Counted from the first letter of the stretch, positions 8,890-19,562 are shown. The stretch is 64,000 nucleotides of DNA from Promethearchaeota archaeon (GCA_011364925.1 RDOA01000001.1:93997-157996); one strand, 5' to 3'. The notes: generated by a model from the letters alone, not told the origin. Numbers and translations: made by a program.

Positions 8890-8954
8890 TATGATCAATG
8901 ATCATAACATTTAAATATGCTAATAGATATATGATCATATGATCAATAATCATA
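8890..8954 (+). promoter_or_regulatory. Two 8-1-8 palindromic operators flanking a TATA box upstream of the PadR regulator
   Basis: TATGATCA-A-TGATCATA (8890-8906, perfect); TTTAAATA (8910-8917); TATGATCA-A-TAATCATA (8938-8954, one mismatch). Confidence 0.7.
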
Positions 8955-8966
8955 TAGTGAAAAATT

Positions 8967-9725
8967 ATGGAAAAATTTAGAAAAAATGATCCAGAAACAA
9001 ATGAAAATGGTCCAGATTTTAAATCATTTCACAACAGAGATATAAGAAGATTCGATCCTCGTTTTTTTAATATGTATCGAGGGCCTTCATATCCTAGAAA
9101 TTCAAGAAATAAACATAGACACAATCATTCTCCTCCCTTTCATCCATTTGGTCCACCCTTGCCCATGTCAAGAGAGGAATTCAAAGAGATAAAGCATTTA
9201 ATGATCTTAACTCTATTATCAGAAATTCCTGAAGGCATTTCAGGATATCAATTACAGGAGCAATATAAGTTACCTCGTGGAAGCATGATGAGAAGTTTAA
9301 ATGAATTAGAAGATAATAAATCGTTATCCTCAATTCAAGACATTGTTAAAGGACGCTCTCAGAAAATTTTCAAAATTACAGATAAAGGGAAAGAATACTT
9401 GGAGAAACTTAAAGAAAAATGGACATACCAATTCTTAAGAATGACCGATATTGCACCTATGGAACAATATGGCAATCCATTTGGAAGTTTGCGTTTTAAA
9501 AATCGTTTAATTCGAAATTTAGAAAAGATTGAAGACATCGAAGATGCTATCGACATTTTTAGGGGATATCGATCGAAATTTAAACAAATGTACAAAAGAT
9601 TAGAAAATCGAATGGAGAAGTTGAACAAGACGAAATCGTATCTGGATTCTATCATAACTGAGATAGAAAATATGGATCAATTTGATTTGAATAAAGTAAA
9701 GGAAATGGTAGATAATTTTCCTTAA
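8967..9725 (+). CDS. PadR-family winged-helix transcriptional regulator
   Basis: LMILTLL...ISGYQL......GSM.R.L.ELE..........GRSQKIFKITDKGKEYL; His/Pro-rich N-terminus and coiled-coil C-terminus. Confidence 0.85.
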   Translation: MEKFRKNDPETNENGPDFKSFHNRDIRRFDPRFFNMYRGPSYPRNSRNKHRHNHSPPFHPFGPPLPMSREEFKEIKHLMILTLLSEIPEGISGYQLQEQYKLPRGSMMRSLNELEDNKSLSSIQDIVKGRSQKIFKITDKGKEYLEKLKEKWTYQFLRMTDIAPMEQYGNPFGSLRFKNRLIRNLEKIEDIEDAIDIFRGYRSKFKQMYKRLENRMEKLNKTKSYLDSIITEIENMDQFDLNKVKEMVDNFP

Positions 9726-9869
9726 ATTAATTAAATTAACTTTTTTTTTTTAGCTTTAATTCTTAATTTTATCAAGATATCAGCATCCTATCAAAAATAA
9801 TAGAATTAATAAAATTAAATTAACTCCAAGACTTTTTTTATTTAATTATCAGCGTAAAATATATTTAAA

Positions 9870-10829
9870 ATGGCAGAATCTAAAGCCTTGATTTTCCAGA
9901 TTCAAAAGATGTCCACTGAAGATGGTCCAGGCATTAGAACGACTGTCTTTTTTAAGCAGTGTCCATTAAAATGTATCTGGTGCCATAATCCAGAATCTAT
10001 TTTAAAGAAAAAGCAATTAGAGTGGTTTAAACATAAATGCATAGGCTGTAAGACTTGCATCGAAGTGTGTCCGAATGACGCATTGAAGCTCGATGAGAAC
10101 GGGATGCATATCGACAGAGATAAATGCAATAGCTGCGGATTATGCTCAGAAGAATGTCCCAGTACTGCTTTACATATGTTTGGAGAATTATGGGATTTAG
10201 AAGACTTATATTACGAAATTCAGAAAGATAAAGTGTATTACACCCAATCTCAGGGTGGAATCACGGTTTCAGGCGGCGAACCTACTCTACAATCTGAGTT
10301 TATGTTGCCATTTTTAAAAAAGTGTAAAGAAAACGAGATTTCAACAGCATTGGACACTTGTGGCTACGCAAGCAGAAATATCTACGAGAAAGTACTTCCC
10401 TACGTCGATTTAGTACTTCTTGATATTAAGGAAATCAATTCTGAAAAACATAAAGAATACACTGGCGTACCTAACGATCTCATACTAGAAAACGCAATCT
10501 GGATTTCGGAATATGTAAAAGACCACCAGAAAAAACTTTGGATAAGAACACCTGTTATACCTAACTATACTGCCACTGAGGAAAACATTAAGGGCATCGC
10601 TGAATTTATCGTTAATCAATTACACAATATTCCCGAAAGGTGGGATCTGCTTTCTTTTAATAATTTATGCACCGCAAAATACGAAAGATTGGATATGAAA
10701 TGGTGCTTAAAAGATGTTCCTCTGATTTCTACAGATATTATGGAAAAGTTTGTAGAGATTGGCAAAAAAGAAGGTGTATCTAATGTTAAATGGTCAGGAT
10801 TAACAAAAAAAAAGGAAGAAAGTGAGTGA
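9870..10829 (+). CDS. Glycyl-radical enzyme activating protein (radical SAM with a 2x[4Fe-4S] insert)
   Basis: IQKMSTEDGPGIRTTVFFKQCPLKCIWCHNPES; CIGCKTCIEVCP, CNSCGLCSEECP; GGITVSGGEP; DTCGY; IRTPVIP. Confidence 0.93.
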   Translation: MAESKALIFQIQKMSTEDGPGIRTTVFFKQCPLKCIWCHNPESILKKKQLEWFKHKCIGCKTCIEVCPNDALKLDENGMHIDRDKCNSCGLCSEECPSTALHMFGELWDLEDLYYEIQKDKVYYTQSQGGITVSGGEPTLQSEFMLPFLKKCKENEISTALDTCGYASRNIYEKVLPYVDLVLLDIKEINSEKHKEYTGVPNDLILENAIWISEYVKDHQKKLWIRTPVIPNYTATEENIKGIAEFIVNQLHNIPERWDLLSFNNLCTAKYERLDMKWCLKDVPLISTDIMEKFVEIGKKEGVSNVKWSGLTKKKEESE

Positions 10830-10831
10830 GA

Positions 10832-11716
10832 ATGAGTAGAAGTAAAAAAAAAGTTGTATGGACTCCTGAAATTTCTAAAGAGGGTATAAAGTTTACCCAA
10901 CCAGACATCATGCTTAAATTAGTCTCGACAATTGACGAGCGAGGTTGGCCACACGTAACTCTTATTTCAAGTAATCGTGCCATAAGTAAAGATAAAATTG
11001 TGTGGGGCGCGTTTACCGAAGGACTAAGCAAGAAATACGTTAAGGAAAGACCGAAACAAGGAATTTTCTATATGACTCCGTCAATGCCGTTTAAATTTCT
11101 TCAAGCTAAGGTAAATTTTAATCATACTACAAAAGAAGGAGAAGATTTAGAACATTTTAACCAGACTCAATTAATGCGCTATTTTACCTACGTACGAACT
11201 CACACGGCGTATTATAACGACATTGTCGCAGTAACCCCTATAAGGAACTTACCGTTGTTCGGAATCGTTAAGGGAATTATCAAAGATATTATCGGAAAAG
11301 GAGGTGCGAAGACTAAGCTGGAAGAAAAAAGATTGAACGTACTTGGCTATAAATTATTCGCGGCACCAATCGCGGTGAGAGTAATTTCTTACATAGATCC
11401 TGAGGATGGTTATCCAAGAATGATTCCCGCTATTCAACTCCAAGCGACAGATCACAATAGACTGGTGTTTCCTCCTTCAGTATTAAAAGAAGATTTATAT
11501 CAAATTCCCGTTGATTCGAAAGTCGCGGTTTTTGGAATGAATTTTGATTTTTATAATCAAGTCGTTAAAGGAACTTTTACAGGGTTCAAAAAGTTCAGAG
11601 GAATAAAGTTCGGAGTCATTGAGATTGAAGAAATCTATAATAGCACGCCACCCGTCGCAAAGGTTATTTACCCTAGAGCAGAATCCGTTCCAAAAGTAAC
11701 AGACTTCCACTTGTAA
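10832..11716 (+). CDS. Tandem FMN-binding split-barrel (pyridoxamine 5'-phosphate oxidase-like) protein
   Basis: Two similar halves: KLVSTIDERGWPHVT and RVISYIDPEDGYPRM, each ending in a beta strand plus Y[YN]. Confidence 0.6.
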   Translation: MSRSKKKVVWTPEISKEGIKFTQPDIMLKLVSTIDERGWPHVTLISSNRAISKDKIVWGAFTEGLSKKYVKERPKQGIFYMTPSMPFKFLQAKVNFNHTTKEGEDLEHFNQTQLMRYFTYVRTHTAYYNDIVAVTPIRNLPLFGIVKGIIKDIIGKGGAKTKLEEKRLNVLGYKLFAAPIAVRVISYIDPEDGYPRMIPAIQLQATDHNRLVFPPSVLKEDLYQIPVDSKVAVFGMNFDFYNQVVKGTFTGFKKFRGIKFGVIEIEEIYNSTPPVAKVIYPRAESVPKVTDFHL

Positions 11717-11808
11717 AATTAATTATATTTTAGTCTAAATATATTGAAAATTTTATTACTGATTTCGTTTTTTCTAAAGTAGGATTAAAACTTAAGTAGA
11801 TTTGTATT

Positions 11809-13344
11809 ATGCCAAAAGAAAATATGAACGTCTTGTTTATTATTACCGATCAACAACGCGCTGACATGTTGGGGTGCTCTGGTAATAAAATTATTAAAAC
11901 TCCCAATATAGACAGACTAGCAAGCGAGAGTGTGCGCTTTTCAAATGCCTTTTGCACGAATCCAATGTGCATGCCAAATAGAGCAACCTTGATCACAGGT
12001 TATTATCCAAACGTTCACGGAGTGCGTAGTAACGGAATAAACTTACCTTTAGACATACCAACTATAACCCAAACACTTGTAAATAGAGGTTATCACACGA
12101 TTAATGTAGGTAAAATGCATTACAACATTTGGGTAATGCCTTACGATCCTCGAGATATGTCGGCTGAGAATTTAGATGATTGGAGCGTTGAGAAACCAAA
12201 CAGAAATCATTTAGCCCACGATAATTTTCCTAATCCTTATTATGGTTTTGAGGAATGTGATTTAGTAGTAGGACATTCTTCTGCATGTTTAGGACACTAT
12301 TTCGATTGGCTTAAGGAACGAGCTCCAGACATAGCTGAAAACGTTAGAAAACAACATTATCAAGATGTTCCAATATTTGGTATGTTTAACGACAACTATA
12401 TCCCCGAAGAGCTATACAATACTACTTATATTAAAAGTAATACTATCTCGTTTTTAGAGAGATATTCTGAGGGTAAATACAATGATAAACCCTTCTTTTT
12501 ACACTGCTCTTTTCCAGATCCACATCACCCCGTAAGCCCTCCTGGTAAATATAAGGACATGTATAATCCACACGATATAGTACTACCATCTAATTACCAA
12601 GATTTAAAAAACTTATACAAGCATCCCTATCTAAAAACCCACCTTGAAAATCCTCCATATAGAGGTGCATTATTGAGGGAAGAAATAGAAGAAAATATTA
12701 AACGCTTCACCGCTCTCAGTTATGGCGCCATGTCTTTAGTTGATCACGCTATAGGAGAGATTTTAGCTTCCTTAGATAAGTTAGGGCTATCTAAAAACAC
12801 TATGGTAATATTTACTTCAGACCACGGTGAGTATATGGGATCGCATGGTATATGCTTAAAAGGACCCTCTCCTTTCAACGATACGCTTCAAGTACCTTTG
12901 ATATGGAAAGTTCCTGGAATAACAAATCCCGGGGTTAGCGAAGCTTTAATCAGTTCAGTTGATATTCCAAAAACAATTCTCGAACTTCTAAATATTAAAG
13001 AAAGATATAGACCCGTCGGTATGCAAGGGTACAATATGAAGCCTGTGTTGGAGGATCCTACAAAAAAAGTGCGCGATTGCTTACTTATCACTGAAGACGA
13101 AGAAGTTGGACCTAAGGGCCCTTTATACACTCGATTATCTCACCTTGTTACAGAAAATTATAAAATAACTAAATATGCGGAATTACCTGGGTATGGTGAT
13201 ATATTTGACAGAAAAAATGATAAAGATGAGATCAATAATCTTTGGGATAACGATAAGGAATTACGAGCTGATCTAGTAGATAAATTACTTCACGAATACA
13301 TGATTACGCGAAGTAGATTTCCAATAAGACAGGGTGGTACATAA
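11809..13344 (+). CDS. Cys-type sulfatase (arylsulfatase/choline-sulfatase-like family)
   Basis: NVLFIITDQQR, TPNIDRLA, formylglycine motif CMPNR(A)TLITG, GKMH, DPHHP, FTSDHGE. Confidence 0.92.
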   Translation: MPKENMNVLFIITDQQRADMLGCSGNKIIKTPNIDRLASESVRFSNAFCTNPMCMPNRATLITGYYPNVHGVRSNGINLPLDIPTITQTLVNRGYHTINVGKMHYNIWVMPYDPRDMSAENLDDWSVEKPNRNHLAHDNFPNPYYGFEECDLVVGHSSACLGHYFDWLKERAPDIAENVRKQHYQDVPIFGMFNDNYIPEELYNTTYIKSNTISFLERYSEGKYNDKPFFLHCSFPDPHHPVSPPGKYKDMYNPHDIVLPSNYQDLKNLYKHPYLKTHLENPPYRGALLREEIEENIKRFTALSYGAMSLVDHAIGEILASLDKLGLSKNTMVIFTSDHGEYMGSHGICLKGPSPFNDTLQVPLIWKVPGITNPGVSEALISSVDIPKTILELLNIKERYRPVGMQGYNMKPVLEDPTKKVRDCLLITEDEEVGPKGPLYTRLSHLVTENYKITKYAELPGYGDIFDRKNDKDEINNLWDNDKELRADLVDKLLHEYMITRSRFPIRQGGT

Positions 13345-13348
13345 CCCA

Positions 13349-14239
13349 ATGATATGGAAAACTAAAATAACTCAATTATTAAATCTCCGATATCCCTTAA
13401 TTATGGGAGCTTTCGGCGGGTGGGGAAAGTCTGAGTTCGCGTCCGTGTTTTCCAATGTAGGAGGGTTAGGAATAATCGCCGCGTTGAATTTTCCCAACTT
13501 AGAAGATTTCAAAAAAGACTTACAAAACATGAAATCGTTAACTACAAAGCCGTTTGGAGTTAATCTTTCATTACCACACCATATTTTAAGAGATAATGAG
13601 GAAGGTGAGAAAACACGGAAAAGGTATTTAGATTATATTGAAATAGCACTTGATGAAAACTGTCACATATTTACAACTTCTGGCTATAAAGCAGCTTTCA
13701 TAGGAAAAAGAGTTCACGAAGCAGGAGGTTTATGGTTTCACAAGTGTGTTTTAATCAAACATGCTGTTTCCGCTGAAAAACAGGGAGCAGATGGGGTGAC
13801 CTTGGTTGGCTTAGAAGGAACGGGATTTAAAAATCCTCTGACAAACACTACTTTAGTAAATGTAACACTAGGTAGGAAGTTGCTTAAAATTCCAATCATC
13901 GCTGCTGGAGGAATAGGTGACGCCAGAGGTTTTTTGAGCGCTCTTGCACTTGGAGCCGACGCAGTGTGTTTAGGAACAGCCTTAATGGCAACTGAAGAAT
14001 GCCCTGTCCCAAAAAATATTAAAGAAAAGTGGCTCCAATTAGACATTTTCGAAGAATCTTTCCACGACAAGATTTACAAGTATAATGTGAAGAACTTTAT
14101 GGCGCCTTCCACTGCGATAGGTCATTTTGAGAAGCTCGTTCCTCTCCAAACTTTGATAGAGGAATTGATTACTGGTGCAACGAAGATATTAGACTCGTGG
14201 GGATTCGATCATGATGAACTTAACACGCTTGATCCTTAA
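13349..14239 (+). CDS. Nitronate monooxygenase / FabK-like flavoprotein
   Basis: TKITQLLNLRYPLI, GGLGII, KPFGVNL, GADGV..VGLEG.G, IPIIAAGGIGDARG...ALALGADAV..GT. Confidence 0.85.
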   Translation: MIWKTKITQLLNLRYPLIMGAFGGWGKSEFASVFSNVGGLGIIAALNFPNLEDFKKDLQNMKSLTTKPFGVNLSLPHHILRDNEEGEKTRKRYLDYIEIALDENCHIFTTSGYKAAFIGKRVHEAGGLWFHKCVLIKHAVSAEKQGADGVTLVGLEGTGFKNPLTNTTLVNVTLGRKLLKIPIIAAGGIGDARGFLSALALGADAVCLGTALMATEECPVPKNIKEKWLQLDIFEESFHDKIYKYNVKNFMAPSTAIGHFEKLVPLQTLIEELITGATKILDSWGFDHDELNTLDP

Positions 14240-14323
14240 AAATCTCGTCAACTTTTAGAAATTAAGTGAAAAGTTTTTCTTTCCGCATTAATCTAATTAC
14301 AAAGAAAAGTAATATGGGTTAAA

Positions 14324-15271
14324 ATGGATATCTTCACTCATTTTGTCTTTGGTAGTTTGATGTATTTACTCTTCTTAAAGGAGGTTACTTTCGAATACTT
14401 ATTTATAGCTGCATTTTTCTCAATATTACCTGACTTAGATGTATTTTTAGCACCTTTGAGAAGAATTATAAAATCAAAGTATCTTGAACATCGTGGAGGC
14501 TCTCATTCTTACCTCGTTGGAATAATTCTTTCATTCGTAATTGGTCTAATAATTTCATACTTCACCCATCTACCGTTTTACTTAGTGTGGATAATAGGGT
14601 CGATATTTTTTGGTTTACATGTGTCAATGGATTTGCTTACCACGACTAGCATTCCTTTTTTATACCCGCTCTCTAAAAGAGAACATTGTTTCTACATTGA
14701 AAAGGCAGGAAGTATGTTTACATTTATAAGTTCAATAATCTTTTTACTTCTTCCGATGGTGGTGTTCAGGATTTTTAGAGGGATGCTCTTTTTTCAGATA
14801 TACATCAATGTTTACACTTATTTCTTTCTATTATATTATTTGTATCGAATAATATCAAAAATCTATATTTCTACCACCCTTGAAAAAGACCAAAAATATT
14901 TTCCTGGAATATTACCCTTTCATTACAGGCTCTACACTTATAAAATAAATGGAAATAATATTGTTTCTAGCGTTGAAAAAAAATCTCACTTTTCAAAAAA
15001 AACCGATATAATACAAATGAACTTTACCTTGACTGACCAAGAAAAACTGTTTTTTGAGAAAGCTAAAGAGTTAATACGGAAACATTATTATTTTGCGAAA
15101 TGGACATTATTCCCAATCTTCGTTCGAAATGATGGACTATTTTCCGTTAAATTCTTCTTTTTAGAATCGATGATGCGTAAAAGAACAATGTACGTACAGT
15201 ACGATTTTGACTTAGACAAGTATGATCCGGTTAATTATTTTCAAAAATCTGGTCCAATTCAAACCACATAA
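14324..15271 (+). CDS. Membrane-bound metal-dependent hydrolase (YdjM/DUF457-like)
   Basis: MD..TH, LPDLD, HRGGSHS, H...DLLT, FLYPLS motifs with several TM helices. Confidence 0.8.
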   Translation: MDIFTHFVFGSLMYLLFLKEVTFEYLFIAAFFSILPDLDVFLAPLRRIIKSKYLEHRGGSHSYLVGIILSFVIGLIISYFTHLPFYLVWIIGSIFFGLHVSMDLLTTTSIPFLYPLSKREHCFYIEKAGSMFTFISSIIFLLLPMVVFRIFRGMLFFQIYINVYTYFFLLYYLYRIISKIYISTTLEKDQKYFPGILPFHYRLYTYKINGNNIVSSVEKKSHFSKKTDIIQMNFTLTDQEKLFFEKAKELIRKHYYFAKWTLFPIFVRNDGLFSVKFFFLESMMRKRTMYVQYDFDLDKYDPVNYFQKSGPIQTT

Positions 15272-15413
15272 TTATCCCATACTTATTTTAATGTAACTTC
15301 TCAGAATAGATTACCCAAATTCAAAATATTTATAGCATTTAGGCAAATAGATAGAATATATTTTATAAACATATATTAAAAAAATCTAAAAAAAATAATA
15401 AAATGTGAATAAC

Positions 15414-17510
15414 ATGTCTGAATGGTTTATTCTTGTTGCATTGATAGCTGGAGTTGTTGCTATTCTTATAGCAGCTTATTTTGCGCGAATTGTTCTAAAA
15501 AAGGATCCTGGAAACGAACGAATGATTGAAGTTTCGGGATACATTGAGAAGGGGGCAAAAACATTTATCAAAGTTCAATATAAGGTATTAGCGGTTTTTG
15601 TGATAGCCTTGGCTTTGATTATTATGTTTTTTATTCAATCACCTAAGGGGTCCATAGTTAATTGGGAACAATCTGTTGCTTATGTCATTGGATCTGTGTG
15701 TTCAATGTTGGCAGGATGGATGGGAATGTATGTAGGCGTTAAAGCAAATACAAGATCGGCTCAAGCGTGCACAAAAGGAGTCAAGGCTGGTTTTGATGTA
15801 GCCTTCTTCGGTGGTGCGTTTATGGGACTAGCTGTTGTAGGCTCCGCTTTAATAGGAATTTCTATAGTTTATTTAATATTTCAAACTCCATTAGTTGTTT
15901 TAGGTTTTAGTTTTGGAGCAAGCAGTATTGCGTTATTCATGAAATGCGGTGGGGGTATTTATACAAAAACTGCCGATGTAGGTGCTGATCTAGTAGGAAA
16001 AGCTGAATATAATCTTCCTGAAGATGATCCGAGAAATCCTGCTACTATTGCCGATAATGTGGGTGATAATGTAGGTGATATAGCTGGTATGGGCTCTGAT
16101 TTATTTGATTCTTATGTGGCATCTATCTTAGCAGCCATGATACTCGCAACATTTTTAGGATTTGTAGATCCCAACAATGAATCAACATTTATCGTATTTC
16201 CCCTTGTGTTATGTGGTGTGGGTTTGATTTCTTCAGTGATAAGTATTTACTTGATAAAGTGGAAAGGATCAGAAGATCCTGGCAAATCTTTGAATTATGG
16301 AACCTATATTGCAACCCTAATCTTTGCTGGATTAGCGGCATTATTTGCATTTCTCATGACATTGGGTGCTACCGGAGATATAATTTTAAAAATCTGGAAA
16401 AATTATGTAGCTACTTTATTCGGACTTGGGAGTGGTATCTTAATAGGTTTCACTAGTGATTATTTTACCAGAGACGATAAAAAACCTACTCATAATATTG
16501 CTGAATCTTCTAAGGAAGGTCATGCTGTTGTAATTCTTTCTGGTTTTGCGTACGGTCTTATAAGCGTTGCTCCTGCGGCAATTGGTATTGTAATTGCTAT
16601 GGTTTTTTCTTACCTCTTAGATGGAATATTTGCTATAGCAATGGCTGCAGTTGGAATGCTTTCAATAGTAGGAACGATAGTATCAAATGATGCTTACGGT
16701 CCAATTGTAGATAACGCTCGAAGTATTGCGGAACAAGGAGATCTAGGAGAAGAAACTATTCGTATCGCTGATAGAATGGATTCGGCTGGAAATACTGCTA
16801 AAGCAATAACTAAAGGTTTTGCGATAGGTGCAGCCAACTTAACTGTAATCGCATTATTGTTTTCCTACAATGAAGACGCAAAACAGAGATTATTCGACTT
16901 AGGTCTCCCTACTATAAACTTAAGTTTATTAAATATCGATGTGTTAATCGGAGCATTCATAGGGGTGATCGTTCCAGCATTGTTTTCTGCGCTGTTAATT
17001 CTTGCTGTTCAACGAAATGCTGCAAAAATGGTTGATGAAATTAGGCGTCAATTTGAGTCTAATCCGAAAATTCTAAAAGGTGAAGAAGCTGCTGATTTTA
17101 CTAAAACCGTTAGTATAGCAACTAAAGGTGCTCTACGTGAATTAATTCTTCCGAGCATCATCTCAATCGCCGTTCCATTAGCTGTAGGATTTCTTTTTGG
17201 TGTAGCAGCATTAGGTGCATTCCTTGCAGCATCAATCTTGTCTGGATTCGTATTTGCTATTTTCATGGCTAATGCCGGAGGCTCTTGGGACAATGCGAAG
17301 AAATGGATAGAGGATGGAAACCTTGGTGGTAAAGGCACTGAAATACATAAAGCTTCCATTACGGGAGATACGGTTGGTGATCCTTTCAAGGATACTGCTG
17401 GCCCAAGTATCAACACACTTCTTGTAGTAATGTCATTGACTGCGACCATCTTCATGCCGCTGTTTGCTGCACTCAGTCCTTTCGGTTTGATTATCTTCCC
17501 AATGCTATAA
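15414..17510 (+). CDS. hppA: Membrane-bound proton-translocating pyrophosphatase (K+-independent signature)
   Basis: GGGIYTKTADVGADLVGK, EDDPRNPATIADNVGDNVGD, DAYGPIVDNA, GNTAKA, GDTVGDPFKDTAGPS. Confidence 0.95.
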   Translation: MSEWFILVALIAGVVAILIAAYFARIVLKKDPGNERMIEVSGYIEKGAKTFIKVQYKVLAVFVIALALIIMFFIQSPKGSIVNWEQSVAYVIGSVCSMLAGWMGMYVGVKANTRSAQACTKGVKAGFDVAFFGGAFMGLAVVGSALIGISIVYLIFQTPLVVLGFSFGASSIALFMKCGGGIYTKTADVGADLVGKAEYNLPEDDPRNPATIADNVGDNVGDIAGMGSDLFDSYVASILAAMILATFLGFVDPNNESTFIVFPLVLCGVGLISSVISIYLIKWKGSEDPGKSLNYGTYIATLIFAGLAALFAFLMTLGATGDIILKIWKNYVATLFGLGSGILIGFTSDYFTRDDKKPTHNIAESSKEGHAVVILSGFAYGLISVAPAAIGIVIAMVFSYLLDGIFAIAMAAVGMLSIVGTIVSNDAYGPIVDNARSIAEQGDLGEETIRIADRMDSAGNTAKAITKGFAIGAANLTVIALLFSYNEDAKQRLFDLGLPTINLSLLNIDVLIGAFIGVIVPALFSALLILAVQRNAAKMVDEIRRQFESNPKILKGEEAADFTKTVSIATKGALRELILPSIISIAVPLAVGFLFGVAALGAFLAASILSGFVFAIFMANAGGSWDNAKKWIEDGNLGGKGTEIHKASITGDTVGDPFKDTAGPSINTLLVVMSLTATIFMPLFAALSPFGLIIFPML

Positions 17511-17630
17511 TAAACTATCTTAAATTAAACTTTATTTTTTTAAAATTTAATTTTATTTTTATTCTCTTTTCAATGTTCTTTTAATGAAAATTTCGAATTT
17601 TGTTTTTAGGTTCTAATTTTCAAAAAAAAA

Positions 17631-18449
17631 TTATTGGTCTTCGTTATTATTATCAGATGCTAGTTTTTGGATTCCTTTTACCGAAAAGGCATTTGTAAAA
17701 CCAGCTATGGGCAAATTAGCAGGTACCATAATTATTGTGCTTTTCCCCGTTACTGCTGCTTCATAGAGCAGGTTCATCCATCGTAATTCCATTGCTTTTT
17801 CATTTTTTGTATATTCTTCAGCAGCTTCTACCATTTTAAACGAAGCTTGAGCTTCAGCAGTAGCTAATATTACACGAGCTTGACGTTCTCTTTCAGCTTC
17901 AGCTTGTCGAGCCATCACATCAATTAAATTCTGAGGTAAAACCACGTCTCGAACTTCAACACTCGTAACTTTAATCCCCCATCGTTCGGTCTTAGAATCG
18001 ATGATTTCTTGTAAATGTGCACTTATTTTGTCTCGTTCACTTAATAATTCATTTAGATCTACCTTACCCATAACTTCTCGCAATGTCGATTGAGCTGCCC
18101 AATTTGTTGCTACTAAATATTCTTCAACCTCTAAAAAAGCTTTTTGTGGGTCTACAACTTTATAATACATTATTGCATCCACGCTTACACTAACGTTATC
18201 CTTTGTTAGAGTCTGCTCGCTCCTAAAGGTGTAGGTTAACACTCTGGTTGATAATTTCATCGGTATAGTATAAATTCCCCTTAAGTACCAAATTAAACCC
18301 GGTCCTTTTAATCCCTTATATTTACCAAATTTTAATAATGGCGCTTTTTCCCATTGTTTTATTACTTTAAGACCGCTTATAAACCAGATAAATAGGATAA
18401 AAGCGATGATAGAGATTAGAGTGTAAATAATTGTTTGTTCTAAAGCCAT
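17631..18449 (-). CDS. SPFH/band 7 (stomatin-like) membrane protein
   Basis: N-terminal TM, TLTKDNVSVSVDA, AQSTLREVMG, WGIKVTSVEVRDV.LP, AEAERERQA; GAGGTG SD. Confidence 0.93.
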   Translation of the reverse strand: MALEQTIIYTLISIIAFILFIWFISGLKVIKQWEKAPLLKFGKYKGLKGPGLIWYLRGIYTIPMKLSTRVLTYTFRSEQTLTKDNVSVSVDAIMYYKVVDPQKAFLEVEEYLVATNWAAQSTLREVMGKVDLNELLSERDKISAHLQEIIDSKTERWGIKVTSVEVRDVVLPQNLIDVMARQAEAERERQARVILATAEAQASFKMVEAAEEYTKNEKAMELRWMNLLYEAAVTGKSTIIMVPANLPIAGFTNAFSVKGIQKLASDNNNEDQ

Positions 18450-18836
18450 AAAAACACCTCTTTTTTATTATAACAATATTCTTATATCTATGCTATAGAT
18501 AACTAATTCAGTTAAAAAATGTGGTCCTAATAAATCTTAGAGGAAAAATTAAATAAAGCTATGAAAAGTTACATAATTTTCTTTTCTGCGATTAAAAATA
18601 AATTAATGATAAGTATCTAAATACATTAATTCTAATTGATTAGAAAAACCTAATAACCTATATCGATGATATATAAATGAATTTTATGCTTTCCTCCAAG
18701 GAAATCTATTTATCAACTTTTATAATTTTGTCTTAAGACAGCATATATATGTCTATACCTATATTCTTACGAACAACCACAAATATCTAGCTAGAATAAA
18801 ATAAAAATATAAGACTGATTAACCAAGATATATTTA

Positions 18837-19562
18837 ATGAGATCTCAAAGATTGACCTTAGGAATATTAACTATTTTTCTCTGCCTTTATTATTTTACTA
18901 TACCCATTCAAGCACTACAAACCTCCCCAACATTTCGGCTAGGTGATACTTGTTTGCCAATGGACGAAGATGGTTTCATAGAATACGATTTTGAATCATC
19001 TCTTGCTACGACACTTGAAAAAGTAGAGATGAAGATTATTGATATTTATCAATTCGGTATCAGTCCTCCATTATTGGTTGTAAATATTTCTGTGAGTAAA
19101 TTAAATTCCACCAATAATGAATACGAGGCATTACTCGTGGATTCAATAGAATTCGCTAACCAAACCTGTTTACAGTATAATAAAACAGAACAATACTTTC
19201 GGTATCACCAAAGTATGGAGAACCTGTTAATTAATGGATACGGAGGGTTTTTCTTAATGCCTTGCGATCCTGTTGATATTAACCTTGTTAAAGGCTACAT
19301 CGATACTTATACTACATGGTCTGCAGCTATCGAGGAAAACACGATTACGATTGATATTAATAACGATCAGGTCGTCCTCTTATATAGCGATCAAGGAATT
19401 TTAATAAGAGAAGAGGTAATCTCAGCTGGTCAAGTAGTATCCACATTAAGCATTAGCATCCCGAGCGAACCTAGCATTTCATTTGGAGGCTTATTTCCTT
19501 TATTTTTCATAACAGCTCTCATTGGAGCTATATTTATCAAATGGAATACAAGAAATCGATGA
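18837..19562 (+). CDS. Hypothetical secreted protein with a C-terminal membrane anchor
   Basis: Signal-peptide-like N-terminus; C-terminal ISFGGLFPLFFITALIGAIFI-KW. Confidence 0.65.
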   Translation: MRSQRLTLGILTIFLCLYYFTIPIQALQTSPTFRLGDTCLPMDEDGFIEYDFESSLATTLEKVEMKIIDIYQFGISPPLLVVNISVSKLNSTNNEYEALLVDSIEFANQTCLQYNKTEQYFRYHQSMENLLINGYGGFFLMPCDPVDINLVKGYIDTYTTWSAAIEENTITIDINNDQVVLLYSDQGILIREEVISAGQVVSTLSISIPSEPSISFGGLFPLFFITALIGAIFIKWNTRNR

